Source of the DNA: Myxococcota bacterium
Lineage (GTDB): Bacteria; Myxococcota_A; UBA796; SXON01
Length of the DNA: 64,000 bases
Direction of reading: 5' to 3'
Assembly (NCBI GenBank): GCA_040386535.1
Contig: JAZKFH010000067.1
Location: forward strand, 48,204 to 112,203
The position numbers were made by a program, and so were the translations under genes. The notes under the pieces were generated by a model. The model saw nothing but the letters and a program-made list of their open reading frames with translations. It searched no databases and had not been told where the DNA came from. Below are positions 9,587 to 18,200 of the stretch, in pieces. How positions within the stretch are numbered: the first letter of the stretch is position 1; each line of letters starts with the position of its first letter.

Positions 9587-10845
9587 TCGGTACCTCCGAG
9601 CGCCGACCAGGCGCCCACCAATGTGTCGACCAACGTTTCGACGGGCAGGGTTCCGTCCAGGCGCAACCCGCGCCACCCCGGCTGGATCTCCCAGAACCCG
9701 GCGTCAAAGTCCGCCCGGAGCTTGGCCTCCATCCGGTCGTCGAAGGCCCCGGGCGCGATCCCCCAATCCGGGAGCGGCACCGTCGACGTCCTCCGTGCGA
9801 GCCGCTCGGCGCGCACGCCGCCCGGCGTGTCGATCCACACGGTGAGGAGGGTGTCACCGGCTTCGCGGAGGGCCTGCCGGACCGCCACGCGGTGATACCC
9901 CGCCGCCGAGAATTCGTAGATCGCGGCATTCGGGGCATGGCAGGCGCGGAGGAAGGCGCTGCGCGCGAGGTAGTCGCCCGCCACGGTGCCGTCCGCGAGG
10001 GCGTTCCGGAAGGTGTCGAGCCGGTGGACGGGCACCCCCAGGCGCGCGACGAGGGCGTCACCAACGGTGGTCTTGCCCGCGCCAGGCAGCCCAACCAGCA
10101 GGAGCTTGCGGTAGCGGACCGTGCCATCGCGTCTGTCCGAGCCGCCACGCAACTCCACGATCGTCTCGCCGCGCTCGTCCACCACCTCCAGCCCCCCATC
10201 GGCACGCTCAACGCGCGCCTGGCCGTTATAGAACGGCTCCACCATCGCGAAGCGACGGCGGTAGGTGGACGCCCCCGTACCGTCGATGTGCGCCCAGCCG
10301 GCCTCGTCCCTCGCCCGGGCGTACCCCTTGTGGAACACGTCCAGATCGAGGAACCAACGTCCGTGGACCAGGGCTCCCGCCGCGTCCACGTGGGTCGAGC
10401 GGCCGTCGTCCCCCATGACGACTGCGACGCCGTCCTTGAAGTCGCCAGCGTACCGCCACGCGCGCCCGACGCTGTCACCCTGCGCGTCGAGGTGGTGGTA
10501 CCGCCCGTGTGCATCGCGCACCGTCACGCGACACTCCTGCACGTTCCCACACCACGCCCAACGCCGGTGATAGGCGGGCGCTCCGTCGGGTCGGACGTGG
10601 AACCACCCGTCGTCCCCCTCCACGGCCGCCAGGCCCTCGTAGAAGCCGAACGCCCTCTTAAAGCGCGCCACGTAGACCGGAATCCCGTTCGGATCGATGT
10701 GGAACGCGCCAGACTCGTTCAGGGCGGGCGCGAGCCCAGGCGCGTGGAACTTGCCGACGGCGTGGTAACGAGCCGTGTACGCCGGCTGCCCGTCCCGGCG
10801 ATGGTGGGTGCCATCCGGTGCCGCGGAGGGCCACGCGCCGGTCAC
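9583..10845 (-). CDS. WG (KWG Leptospira)-repeat protein fused to a P-loop small-molecule kinase-like domain
   Basis: Repeats FYEGLAAV, FKDGVAVV, FHKGYARA, FYNGQARV; then LLLVGLPGAGKTT. Confidence 0.8.
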   Translation of the reverse strand: MTGAWPSAAPDGTHHRRDGQPAYTARYHAVGKFHAPGLAPALNESGAFHIDPNGIPVYVARFKRAFGFYEGLAAVEGDDGWFHVRPDGAPAYHRRWAWCGNVQECRVTVRDAHGRYHHLDAQGDSVGRAWRYAGDFKDGVAVVMGDDGRSTHVDAAGALVHGRWFLDLDVFHKGYARARDEAGWAHIDGTGASTYRRRFAMVEPFYNGQARVERADGGLEVVDERGETIVELRGGSDRRDGTVRYRKLLLVGLPGAGKTTVGDALVARLGVPVHRLDTFRNALADGTVAGDYLARSAFLRACHAPNAAIYEFSAAGYHRVAVRQALREAGDTLLTVWIDTPGGVRAERLARRTSTVPLPDWGIAPGAFDDRMEAKLRADFDAGFWEIQPGWRGLRLDGTLPVETLVDTLVGAWSALGGTE

Positions 10846-13187
10846 GACGTCACCGGCTTGCGCATGTTGCACCCCTGGCACAACGCGCGGCTCCGGTAGC
10901 CCGCGACCAACCCTCCGTAGGCGTCCCCGTCCCAGATCTCCCCCAGCGTGCGGGCGTGGAGGTCACCGAGCTCGCCGAGAGTGCGGCGCTGGGCGTCGGG
11001 GGCGCAGCAGGGGTCGAAGCGGCCTGCGGCGCTGACCCAGGCTTCCTGGCCGAGGAACGGGCACCCGCCGCCCGGGGCGAGGTTGTCTCCCGCGTCCGGA
11101 TCGAGCGGGAAGATGTTCTCGAGCAGCACACGCTCCCCGCTCGGCAACCGGTGCTCCTCCACGGCGGTCCGGGCCGCGGCGACCGCAGCGTTCCAGCGGG
11201 TGATGGCCGCCGGGCTGCGGCGCATGGACAAGCCCCGGATGGCGTCGAAGTGCGCCCAGAGGTGGTGGCCCTTCACGCGGTCGACGCCGAGCCCTGCCGC
11301 GAGTCGCACGATGTCGGCGAGCTCGCCCACGTTGGTCTCGAGGAACGTCATCTGCAACGTGACCCGACACCGGTTCCCACCGGCGGCGGCGTGCGCGTCC
11401 CGCACGGCCAGGAACGTCCGCAGGTTCTCCGACACTTGCGTCCAACGCGCGCCGACCATGATCGCCTCCTGCGTGGCAGCGGTGGCGCCGTTCCACGACA
11501 CCTTCACATCCGAGGTGACAGGCACGATCTTCTCGGCCCAGGCGCGTGCCCCGAGGCGCGGGAAGGTGCCGTTGGTGGTCAGGTTGAGCTTGACCCGGTG
11601 CTCCGCACACACGGCGAGGATCTCCTCGAAGTCCGCGAATAGCAGCGGCTCTCCCATGGTGGACGGGATGATCTCCCGCAGGCCGCGCGGGGCCGCCTCC
11701 GCCACCACCTTCCGGATCAAGGACACCGGCATCCGCCGCGGGGCCTCCCCTGCCGCGCGACGGTCGGCCTGCCGCGGGCTGTGGGGGCTGTGCTCCTCGC
11801 ACATGATGCAACGCAAGTTGCAATCGTCGGGGTTCGTGTCGAACGTGATGCGCCACGGGCCGGGGAGGTGCTCCACGCGGGCGGAGTCCCGCTTCGCGAG
11901 GACCTCCGCGTACAACGCCTCCACCGCGTCGGCGTGCGCGTCGATTGGAGGGATCCGCCCCTCGGGATCGAGCAGATAGCCGCGAGCCCCGAGACGGGCC
12001 GCGAGCACGGGATCGGCCGCGAGCCGCGCCATCTGCGCCGCGAGATCCGTCGGATCGCGATGGCGGTATAGAAGCCCGTTCTCGTCGTGCCGTACGTATT
12101 CGCCCATTCCACCCACGTCCGCGGTGATCACCGGCACGCGCGCGCCCTGCGCCTCGTGGATCACCAGCGGCGAATTCTCCACCCAGACGGACGGCACCAC
12201 GATCGCGTCGACGTGGTCGAACACGTCGCGCCCGATGTCCTCGTTCCGGTACTCGGGGAGCCACTCCACGCGCTGGCCCGCCTCGTTCGGAAGCGCGGCG
12301 GCGAGCATCTTCAAGGCCTCGGTGTCCTGGCCCCGCGGTCGACCCCAGATGCGCAGCCGCGGCGCTCCCAGGAGCCGCCCGAACGCGTCGAGCAGGTGGT
12401 GGATGCCCTTCGCCGGGATGTGGGTGCCGATGTACCCGAACGTGAAGGCTTCGCCGGGCGCACGACGCCGCCCCTCCACGCGCGCCCGATCGAAGCCGTA
12501 GTCGAGGTACCGGAGCTTGCCGCGGGGAAGACCGAAGTCGCGGTGGAACCGCTCCTGCAGCGAGCGGGAGGGCGCGATGAAGAGGTCCACGTGCTCCACC
12601 ATCGCGCGCACGTGTGCCATGCGACGCGCAACCCAGTCCGCCCAGTGCGCCACGTCCTGGGCCTCTTCCTCGGGCGCGCCCGAGAAGTACCGGGAGTAGC
12701 AACGGCGCGCGCACTTCTCGTCGGCCTGGCCGTCGCACGCCGCCCAGATGTTCGCGGAATCTTCTGGGAACATCTGCATGAACTGCCCACGCGGGCACAT
12801 CAGCCAGAAGTCGTGGAGCGTGAAGACGACGGGCACGCCGCGACGCGCCGTCTCGGCGAGGATGGAGGTCGACAGGTGGTTGAGGTGGCCGACGTGGACG
12901 ATGTCGGGGCGGAGCGCGTCGAGCAGGCCGCCGAACCCACGATCCAACTCTTCGTGCCGATACCGGTCGCGGCTGCGTGGCATGTTCACGACGTGGAGGC
13001 GCACGCGCGGATCGCCCGCGTCCGTCTCCTCCCGCAAGGTGTAGTCGGGCGCGAAGGCGTTCTCCTCGCGGGTGTACACGTGCACGTCGTGCCGGTTTGC
13101 GAGAGCGCGCGCGAGCGTCTGGGTGTAGACCTCGGAGCCCGCGTTGTAGCGTAGCGGATAGCCGTGGATTACCTGGAGGATCTTCAT
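10842..13187 (-). CDS. GT4 glycosyltransferase - radical SAM - SPASM fusion
   Basis: MKILQVIHGYP, GSEVY, TLHDFWLMCPR, ENSPLVIHEA (GT-B); CNLRCIMC, GEPL, TTNG; CPFLG...PCC...CQGC. Confidence 0.92.
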   Translation of the reverse strand: MKILQVIHGYPLRYNAGSEVYTQTLARALANRHDVHVYTREENAFAPDYTLREETDAGDPRVRLHVVNMPRSRDRYRHEELDRGFGGLLDALRPDIVHVGHLNHLSTSILAETARRGVPVVFTLHDFWLMCPRGQFMQMFPEDSANIWAACDGQADEKCARRCYSRYFSGAPEEEAQDVAHWADWVARRMAHVRAMVEHVDLFIAPSRSLQERFHRDFGLPRGKLRYLDYGFDRARVEGRRRAPGEAFTFGYIGTHIPAKGIHHLLDAFGRLLGAPRLRIWGRPRGQDTEALKMLAAALPNEAGQRVEWLPEYRNEDIGRDVFDHVDAIVVPSVWVENSPLVIHEAQGARVPVITADVGGMGEYVRHDENGLLYRHRDPTDLAAQMARLAADPVLAARLGARGYLLDPEGRIPPIDAHADAVEALYAEVLAKRDSARVEHLPGPWRITFDTNPDDCNLRCIMCEEHSPHSPRQADRRAAGEAPRRMPVSLIRKVVAEAAPRGLREIIPSTMGEPLLFADFEEILAVCAEHRVKLNLTTNGTFPRLGARAWAEKIVPVTSDVKVSWNGATAATQEAIMVGARWTQVSENLRTFLAVRDAHAAAGGNRCRVTLQMTFLETNVGELADIVRLAAGLGVDRVKGHHLWAHFDAIRGLSMRRSPAAITRWNAAVAAARTAVEEHRLPSGERVLLENIFPLDPDAGDNLAPGGGCPFLGQEAWVSAAGRFDPCCAPDAQRRTLGELGDLHARTLGEIWDGDAYGGLVAGYRSRALCQGCNMRKPVTS

Positions 13188-14026
13188 TTGGACGCCTCGT
13201 GCGGGGGGGCGAATTGGAGCGCGGCCAAGCCGCGGGAGAGCGAGATACGGGGACGCCAGCCGAGGGTGGCGAAGGCGGGCGCGGGGTCTCCGACGAAGCG
13301 ACGAACCTCGTGGGGAGCGGCGGGCACGTGGAGGAGCGGGGACGAGCCCTTGAGCGCGCGGGCCAGGTCTCCGAGCCGGGTCTCCTCCCCCGAGCAGAGG
13401 AGCAACGTCGAGAGGGTGTGACCGGCGTCGAGGCGCGCGACGACACGCAGCAGGCCGTCCAAAACATCGTCCACATGAACGAGGTCGAGGGTGTGATCGG
13501 CCCCCCGGACCTGGAGCGGGGCACCCGTCCGAGCTGCGGCGAGCCAGCCGGGGACGAGGCGATCGGGATGATCACCGGCCGCCCCGTAGACGTTGGCGAG
13601 GCGCACCACGGCCACGTTGCGCCCCTCCGCGAGCGCCTCGGCGCCCGCCTTGGTTCGTCCGTAAACATTTTGCGGTCGCAGCGCCGTTCCCGGCCCCGCA
13701 GGGAGCAGGTCGGGCTGCCCGTACACTTCCCGGCTGCTCACCAGCAGCACCCACGCCCCCTCGGCCGCAGCGGCGTCGAGGACGTTCGCGGTGGCGGTCA
13801 CATTGTCCCGGAAGGCGGCCTCGGGGTCGGCCTCGCAGCGACCCACTCGGGCGCACGCCGCGAGGTGGATCACTCCGCGGCAGCCGCGCACCGCGGAGCG
13901 TGTCGTCTTCCGGTGCGCGAGATCCTCACCCAGGAGCCGGTCGAGGGGCCGGCAGCCTCCGTTTAGCAGAGGCGAGAGCGCGCGCCCCAGCACACCGGCC
14001 GCGCCCGTGAGCAGGAGGGGCCTCAC
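13184..14026 (-). CDS. NAD-dependent epimerase/dehydratase (extended SDR)
   Basis: LTGAAGVLG, IHLAA, SSREVYG, YGRTK (YxxxK), RLANVYG, VHVDD. Confidence 0.9.
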   Translation of the reverse strand: MRPLLLTGAAGVLGRALSPLLNGGCRPLDRLLGEDLAHRKTTRSAVRGCRGVIHLAACARVGRCEADPEAAFRDNVTATANVLDAAAAEGAWVLLVSSREVYGQPDLLPAGPGTALRPQNVYGRTKAGAEALAEGRNVAVVRLANVYGAAGDHPDRLVPGWLAAARTGAPLQVRGADHTLDLVHVDDVLDGLLRVVARLDAGHTLSTLLLCSGEETRLGDLARALKGSSPLLHVPAAPHEVRRFVGDPAPAFATLGWRPRISLSRGLAALQFAPPHEASK

Positions 14027-14388
14027 GCGGCGATCCCGTAGAGGCTCACCGCGACGTCCTGCTGATACGGGCCGAAGCGCAGGTACGTCATCATCACCCA
14101 CCCAAACGAGCTGCCGGGGTAGGAGCGCGCGATCACGTAGACTCCGGCACGGTCGTGGGCGAGGAAGTACCGATCGCGAACCCCCTCGAGCGAGCGCCCG
14201 AGGAGGGGCGCGGCGACGCCGGGAGGGATCTCCTCGGCGCGACCGAGGAGCGCGAGCGCACCACGTACGCCGACGTTGGGGTGGTGGAGCCGGAGGCGCT
14301 CCAGGGCGTGGGGGAGCACCCAGAGATCGAGTGACACGTCGGGCGTGGTCGGCGCGCGGGCCGAACCGAAGAAGGCAGGGGGATTCAT
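14023..14388 (-). CDS. Small hypothetical protein, first gene of the operon
   Basis: 121-aa ORF with upstream GGAG; stop overlaps the epimerase GTG; contains an HALER motif. Confidence 0.7.
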   Translation of the reverse strand: MNPPAFFGSARAPTTPDVSLDLWVLPHALERLRLHHPNVGVRGALALLGRAEEIPPGVAAPLLGRSLEGVRDRYFLAHDRAGVYVIARSYPGSSFGWVMMTYLRFGPYQQDVAVSLYGIAA

Positions 14389-14689
14389 GAAAGCTCCGCT
14401 CGGAGAGACGTTCCGGCAGCGGACGACAGACAACCCCCAACCGTGCAGGACACGGGAACAGGCCACGCCGAGCGGCGTGCGAAGGTCTGGGTCACGTTGT
14501 CGAGGATCGGGGCGTTCGTACAGCCGGCGTCGCTACCAGTCACCCGCCTTGCGGCGGTCCCCGTGGATCCTTGGACGGGGTAGAGAAAAGTATGCGCCAG
14601 CCGGAAGCTACTGGGACGGGATGGGAACGTCAAGTGCGATTCTCCGACACCCCCTTCATCGCCCGGATGCGCCGGGGGATCGACCCGGC

Positions 14690-14757
14690 GGCTTACGTAA
14701 GGACTTACGCGACGACTTACATATAAATTTGCACGCCCAGCGCTCGGCGCGTACGGT
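14690..14757 (+). promoter_or_regulatory. Three CTTAC repeats with 12-bp period followed by a sigma70-like promoter (TTGCAC-N17-TACGGT)
   Basis: CTTAC at 14692, 14704 and 14716; palindrome CTTACGTAAG 14692-14701; -35 at 14729-14734, -10 at 14752-14757. Confidence 0.55.
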
Positions 14758-14779
14758 CGGCTTCCAGATGGAGGCCTCG

Positions 14780-17197
14780 ATGTCCTGGTTGGAACGTGCC
14801 GCGAGAGACGCCGGCTACCGTAGCATCCGCAAGCTGGCGGAGGAGGTGTCCTCCTTTCCGGGCGCGCCCAGCTTCAACAGTGTCAACGTGCACCTGGGGA
14901 AGCTCGACGACCTCGACCCGGCCGGGATCGAGTGGCTGCGGAAGCGCACGGACGTGTTGTTGAAGCTGGCGGTGGTCCTCGGTTGGAACGAAGCCACGCT
15001 GCGAGAGCGGATCGGCGCCGCGGCGGACGACGACGAGGCCACCTCCGTGCTCATCCCGGAGCTCGACAGCGATCGCCGCTGGGACCTCCGCGCCGACCCG
15101 TTGTTCCCGGGTGTCCCCGCTCGCGTCGCCGAGCCGGCCGCGTGGCGGCGCCTGTGGTGGCACGCCGAGGCGGGCTCGGGAGCCGAGTGGGTCGGGCGCT
15201 GGCTCCGGTGCAACCATGAGATTCAGGTGGTGCGCGAGCGCGACTGGGCTCGAGCCCGCGCGGGGCTCCGTCCGGGTCGCCCTGCGTTCGTCGTCCTCGC
15301 GGAGTCCACCGACGCCGAGGCGCTGCTCCGCGCCGACGGGCTGGAGGGGTGGCAGATCTGCGTGGTGGCGGCGTTCGCCCCGCCCGAGCCCGCGCAGGGG
15401 CCGCGCGCCCAGCCCGGGCCCTGGGAGATCGTCCGCTCTGCTCCCACCGATCACTGGGCGGGAGCTTTCTTCGTCTGGGCGGAGCGCTTCTACGGGGACG
15501 GCCAGTACACCGCCTCGCTCGCCCAGGAGGTCTGGGAGAAGTTTGGAAGCGCGACCAACTTTCGGCTTCCGGGCGACCTCATGGCGTTGTGCGGTCTCCT
15601 GGATGGCCTTGGCCGGGATCTCCTCGGGGCAGACATCGAGAAGCTCGGGGATCAGTGGCTCAAGTGGCTTGCCGCGCGTCCTGCCGTCCCACGCGAGACG
15701 AGGGAGTGGGTCAAGCGCGAGGGGTGGTCCCGGGTGCGGGCGTTGGCGGAGGCGAGCCTTGCCGAGACGGGGCCCCACGATCTCGCCGGCTGGACACGCC
15801 TGGGAGGCGAGGAGACGGTTGGCCGGCTTCGGGAGTTGGGGGTGCTCGCCTCGGAAGCGGCCGACACCTTCGATCTCGCCCCGCGCTGGTTCGCCCGCTG
15901 GACCCACTGGGCGGCCACCCGGCAGGTCGTGGAGGATCCGGCCCGGCTGCGGGCCGCATCGCTCGCCTCGCCCGAGGCGATCTTGCAGCGGCTCCAGAAA
16001 GACACCTGGGGCCCGACCGAGCGCGCGATCGCGACGCTCGACGCGGCGGACCCCGGCTCCGTGGCCGCCCTGGAGCTCTGCTTCCGCGCGGTCGGTGCCA
16101 AGCTGCTCGGACAGGTCCTCCGCGGCGGCGATCTCCACCTGGACCTGCTGACGCGGCTCTGGGAGGCGCAGGGCCGCGTCGCCGTCTCGATCCGGGGTGT
16201 CCCCCATCCGCGACTGGGCCGCACCCTCGACCTCCTCCCTCGGTGGTGGGAGAGCGCGTGGCTGATCTCAGGGCTCCTCTACGAGAAGGGCCTCGCTCCC
16301 GAGCCCTGGCCGTGCGATCCCGCAGGGGCGCTGGTCCCCTGGAGGCGGCCCTGGTCGGCGTCGCTTGACGCCGTCGTCACCGCACTCGACGACGCGCCGG
16401 GTTCGGTCAACTGGCTGCTCGGGGTAACCATTCTCCGGGACGTCCCTGGAACCCCCGCCCGCCGGATCACCCTCGCCGCGCATCTGGGCCGCGCGATCCG
16501 GCGTGCCGAACCGGTGGAGGCGCTGGTTGCGATGTTCCGGCCGGGGGACCTCGCTACGGGCCTCTTCTCGGCGGCGATGTTCAGCCAGTTGCCCGAGGAG
16601 GGCGAGGAGACGCTGTCGCGCCCCTCAGCGGACGAAGCGGCCAGCATGATCGCGCTCGCGGTCTGGGCAGGATGGCGAGCCGTCGACTTTCTCAAGCTGC
16701 TTGGTGCCGACATCGCTGCGGCGCTTCCTACTGTCGTCCGCGCGCTGCCCGCGGCCACCTGGGACGAGCCCGCGTCGGGCAGCCTGTTGGCGGGCCTGCT
16801 CGCGTGGCGCGCTACCACCGCGGAACTCCCCATCCGCGCCTGGCAGGCAGCGGTAAAGAACGCGGATGGACTCCATGATCGGCTGCTCCCGCGTTCGCCC
16901 CCGCTCGCGATCGCCCGCGCGCTCGACACCGGAGGGTTGGAGGCGGCCCTGAACCAGGTCTGGCTGCACTCCCCCGAGGCTGCCCGCGCCGCGCTCGCGC
17001 GTCGGGTCGACGCCGGCGACGCGGCCGCCGTGCTCCGACTGCTGGTGGCGAGCCCGCCTCAGCACGTGGACGAGAGCCTCACGGTCCTCGCACCGATCGC
17101 AGATCGGGTAGCCGCTCTCCCGGGAGCGTCGGTGTGGGCATGGGAGCGGGTGTCGGCGCGGGATCCGGGGTGGAGACAGGTGTGGGGGTGGCTGTAG
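14780..17197 (+). CDS. Large hypothetical protein: N-terminal HTH-like domain, degenerate P-loop-like segment, helical C-terminus
   Basis: GGAGG RBS before ATG 14780; SIRKLAEE...LLKLAVVLGW resembles an Xre-like HTH; WWHAEAGSGAEW resembles a Walker A lacking Lys. Confidence 0.7.
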   Translation: MSWLERAARDAGYRSIRKLAEEVSSFPGAPSFNSVNVHLGKLDDLDPAGIEWLRKRTDVLLKLAVVLGWNEATLRERIGAAADDDEATSVLIPELDSDRRWDLRADPLFPGVPARVAEPAAWRRLWWHAEAGSGAEWVGRWLRCNHEIQVVRERDWARARAGLRPGRPAFVVLAESTDAEALLRADGLEGWQICVVAAFAPPEPAQGPRAQPGPWEIVRSAPTDHWAGAFFVWAERFYGDGQYTASLAQEVWEKFGSATNFRLPGDLMALCGLLDGLGRDLLGADIEKLGDQWLKWLAARPAVPRETREWVKREGWSRVRALAEASLAETGPHDLAGWTRLGGEETVGRLRELGVLASEAADTFDLAPRWFARWTHWAATRQVVEDPARLRAASLASPEAILQRLQKDTWGPTERAIATLDAADPGSVAALELCFRAVGAKLLGQVLRGGDLHLDLLTRLWEAQGRVAVSIRGVPHPRLGRTLDLLPRWWESAWLISGLLYEKGLAPEPWPCDPAGALVPWRRPWSASLDAVVTALDDAPGSVNWLLGVTILRDVPGTPARRITLAAHLGRAIRRAEPVEALVAMFRPGDLATGLFSAAMFSQLPEEGEETLSRPSADEAASMIALAVWAGWRAVDFLKLLGADIAAALPTVVRALPAATWDEPASGSLLAGLLAWRATTAELPIRAWQAAVKNADGLHDRLLPRSPPLAIARALDTGGLEAALNQVWLHSPEAARAALARRVDAGDAAAVLRLLVASPPQHVDESLTVLAPIADRVAALPGASVWAWERVSARDPGWRQVWGWL

Positions 17198-17799
17198 CAG
17201 CGCACCCCGCTCACCTCCGTGCGCCCGCTCCAGTGCGCGTGCTGCAACGTCCGCCCGCCCCGTTCGGGAACGCCGCGTTCTCGAGCCACCGCCGCCCCGG
17301 GTTGGGTCCGACCCAGGCCTGGGTTTCGGTGAGAGGAGCGCCAGACCACGGCGGACGTTGACGGCAGCCATCGAGGGGTCGGCGTCGAAGCGACCCCGAT
17401 CAGATTCGCCGGGGGCGCCGTCGCGTGAGCGAGATGGCCGCCAAGCCGGGCGCGTAAGCGGGTGCACGAGTCGGAGGTCCGCAAACGGCAAGCCGGCTGA
17501 TTCAAGCCGGCGTCGAATCACGGTCCAACCAGGAGAGAGGCGTGGGGCAGCGCTGTGGTGTCCGAGAAGTCTGACGCGAGCTCATTCGAGTGCCGTACTT
17601 CGCGACGGCCCAACGGATCGGCCCGCCGCCGACGTTGCGCGTGAGGCGGAACACGCTCAACATCGTCGTCGGGCACGACGGCCGCACGCATCGCCGCGCA
17701 GACGGTGCCGGCAGCGTGCAGCGGCCCCCCGGCCAGCGGCCGGACAGGACATGCTCGCCGCGGTCCGCGGCCAGCGGAGGTTCGCACCTTCCGGCGCGA

Positions 17800-18200
17800 T
17801 TGCCTACCCGACCTCGGTCAGCCCGCGTGGGCCCCTTGACGTCCAGGACGACGAGGAGGCAAGTGGTGTCGGAAGAGGCTGAAGAAGATCCAGTGGGCCC
17901 GTCTGTGACCGCGCCGAACGGCACCGCCCTTGCGTTCTCGTAGCGGCCGGCCGGGTTCCTCGCCCGTCGAAGGTTCTCGCCCCGCTTGTTCGGAAGCGCG
18001 AGACGGCGCGCAGATGCGAGGTGGCCTGACGGGAAGATGGCGGGCCCACATGTTCAGTCTCGTTGATCCTCTTCGACGATCCCGGCCGCTGCCCCCGGAG
18101 GCAGGCAGTCGAGGACCCGCCCGACAGCGCACCGTGGCGTCCGGGCCCCACCCGAGCGCTCGGAGCACGTCGTCCACCTCCAGATGCGGGTGATCGCCGC
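17800..18200 (-). pseudogene. Frameshifted remnant resembling an HsdR_N-type restriction endonuclease domain
   Basis: Fragments in different frames: VDDVLRALGW, GRYENARAVPFGAVTDG, then HWIFFSLFR. Confidence 0.4.

Noticed and set aside
14276..14779. N-terminal extension of the 973-aa ORF
   Set aside because: Overlaps the divergent gene and promoter region; GGAGG RBS supports ATG 14780
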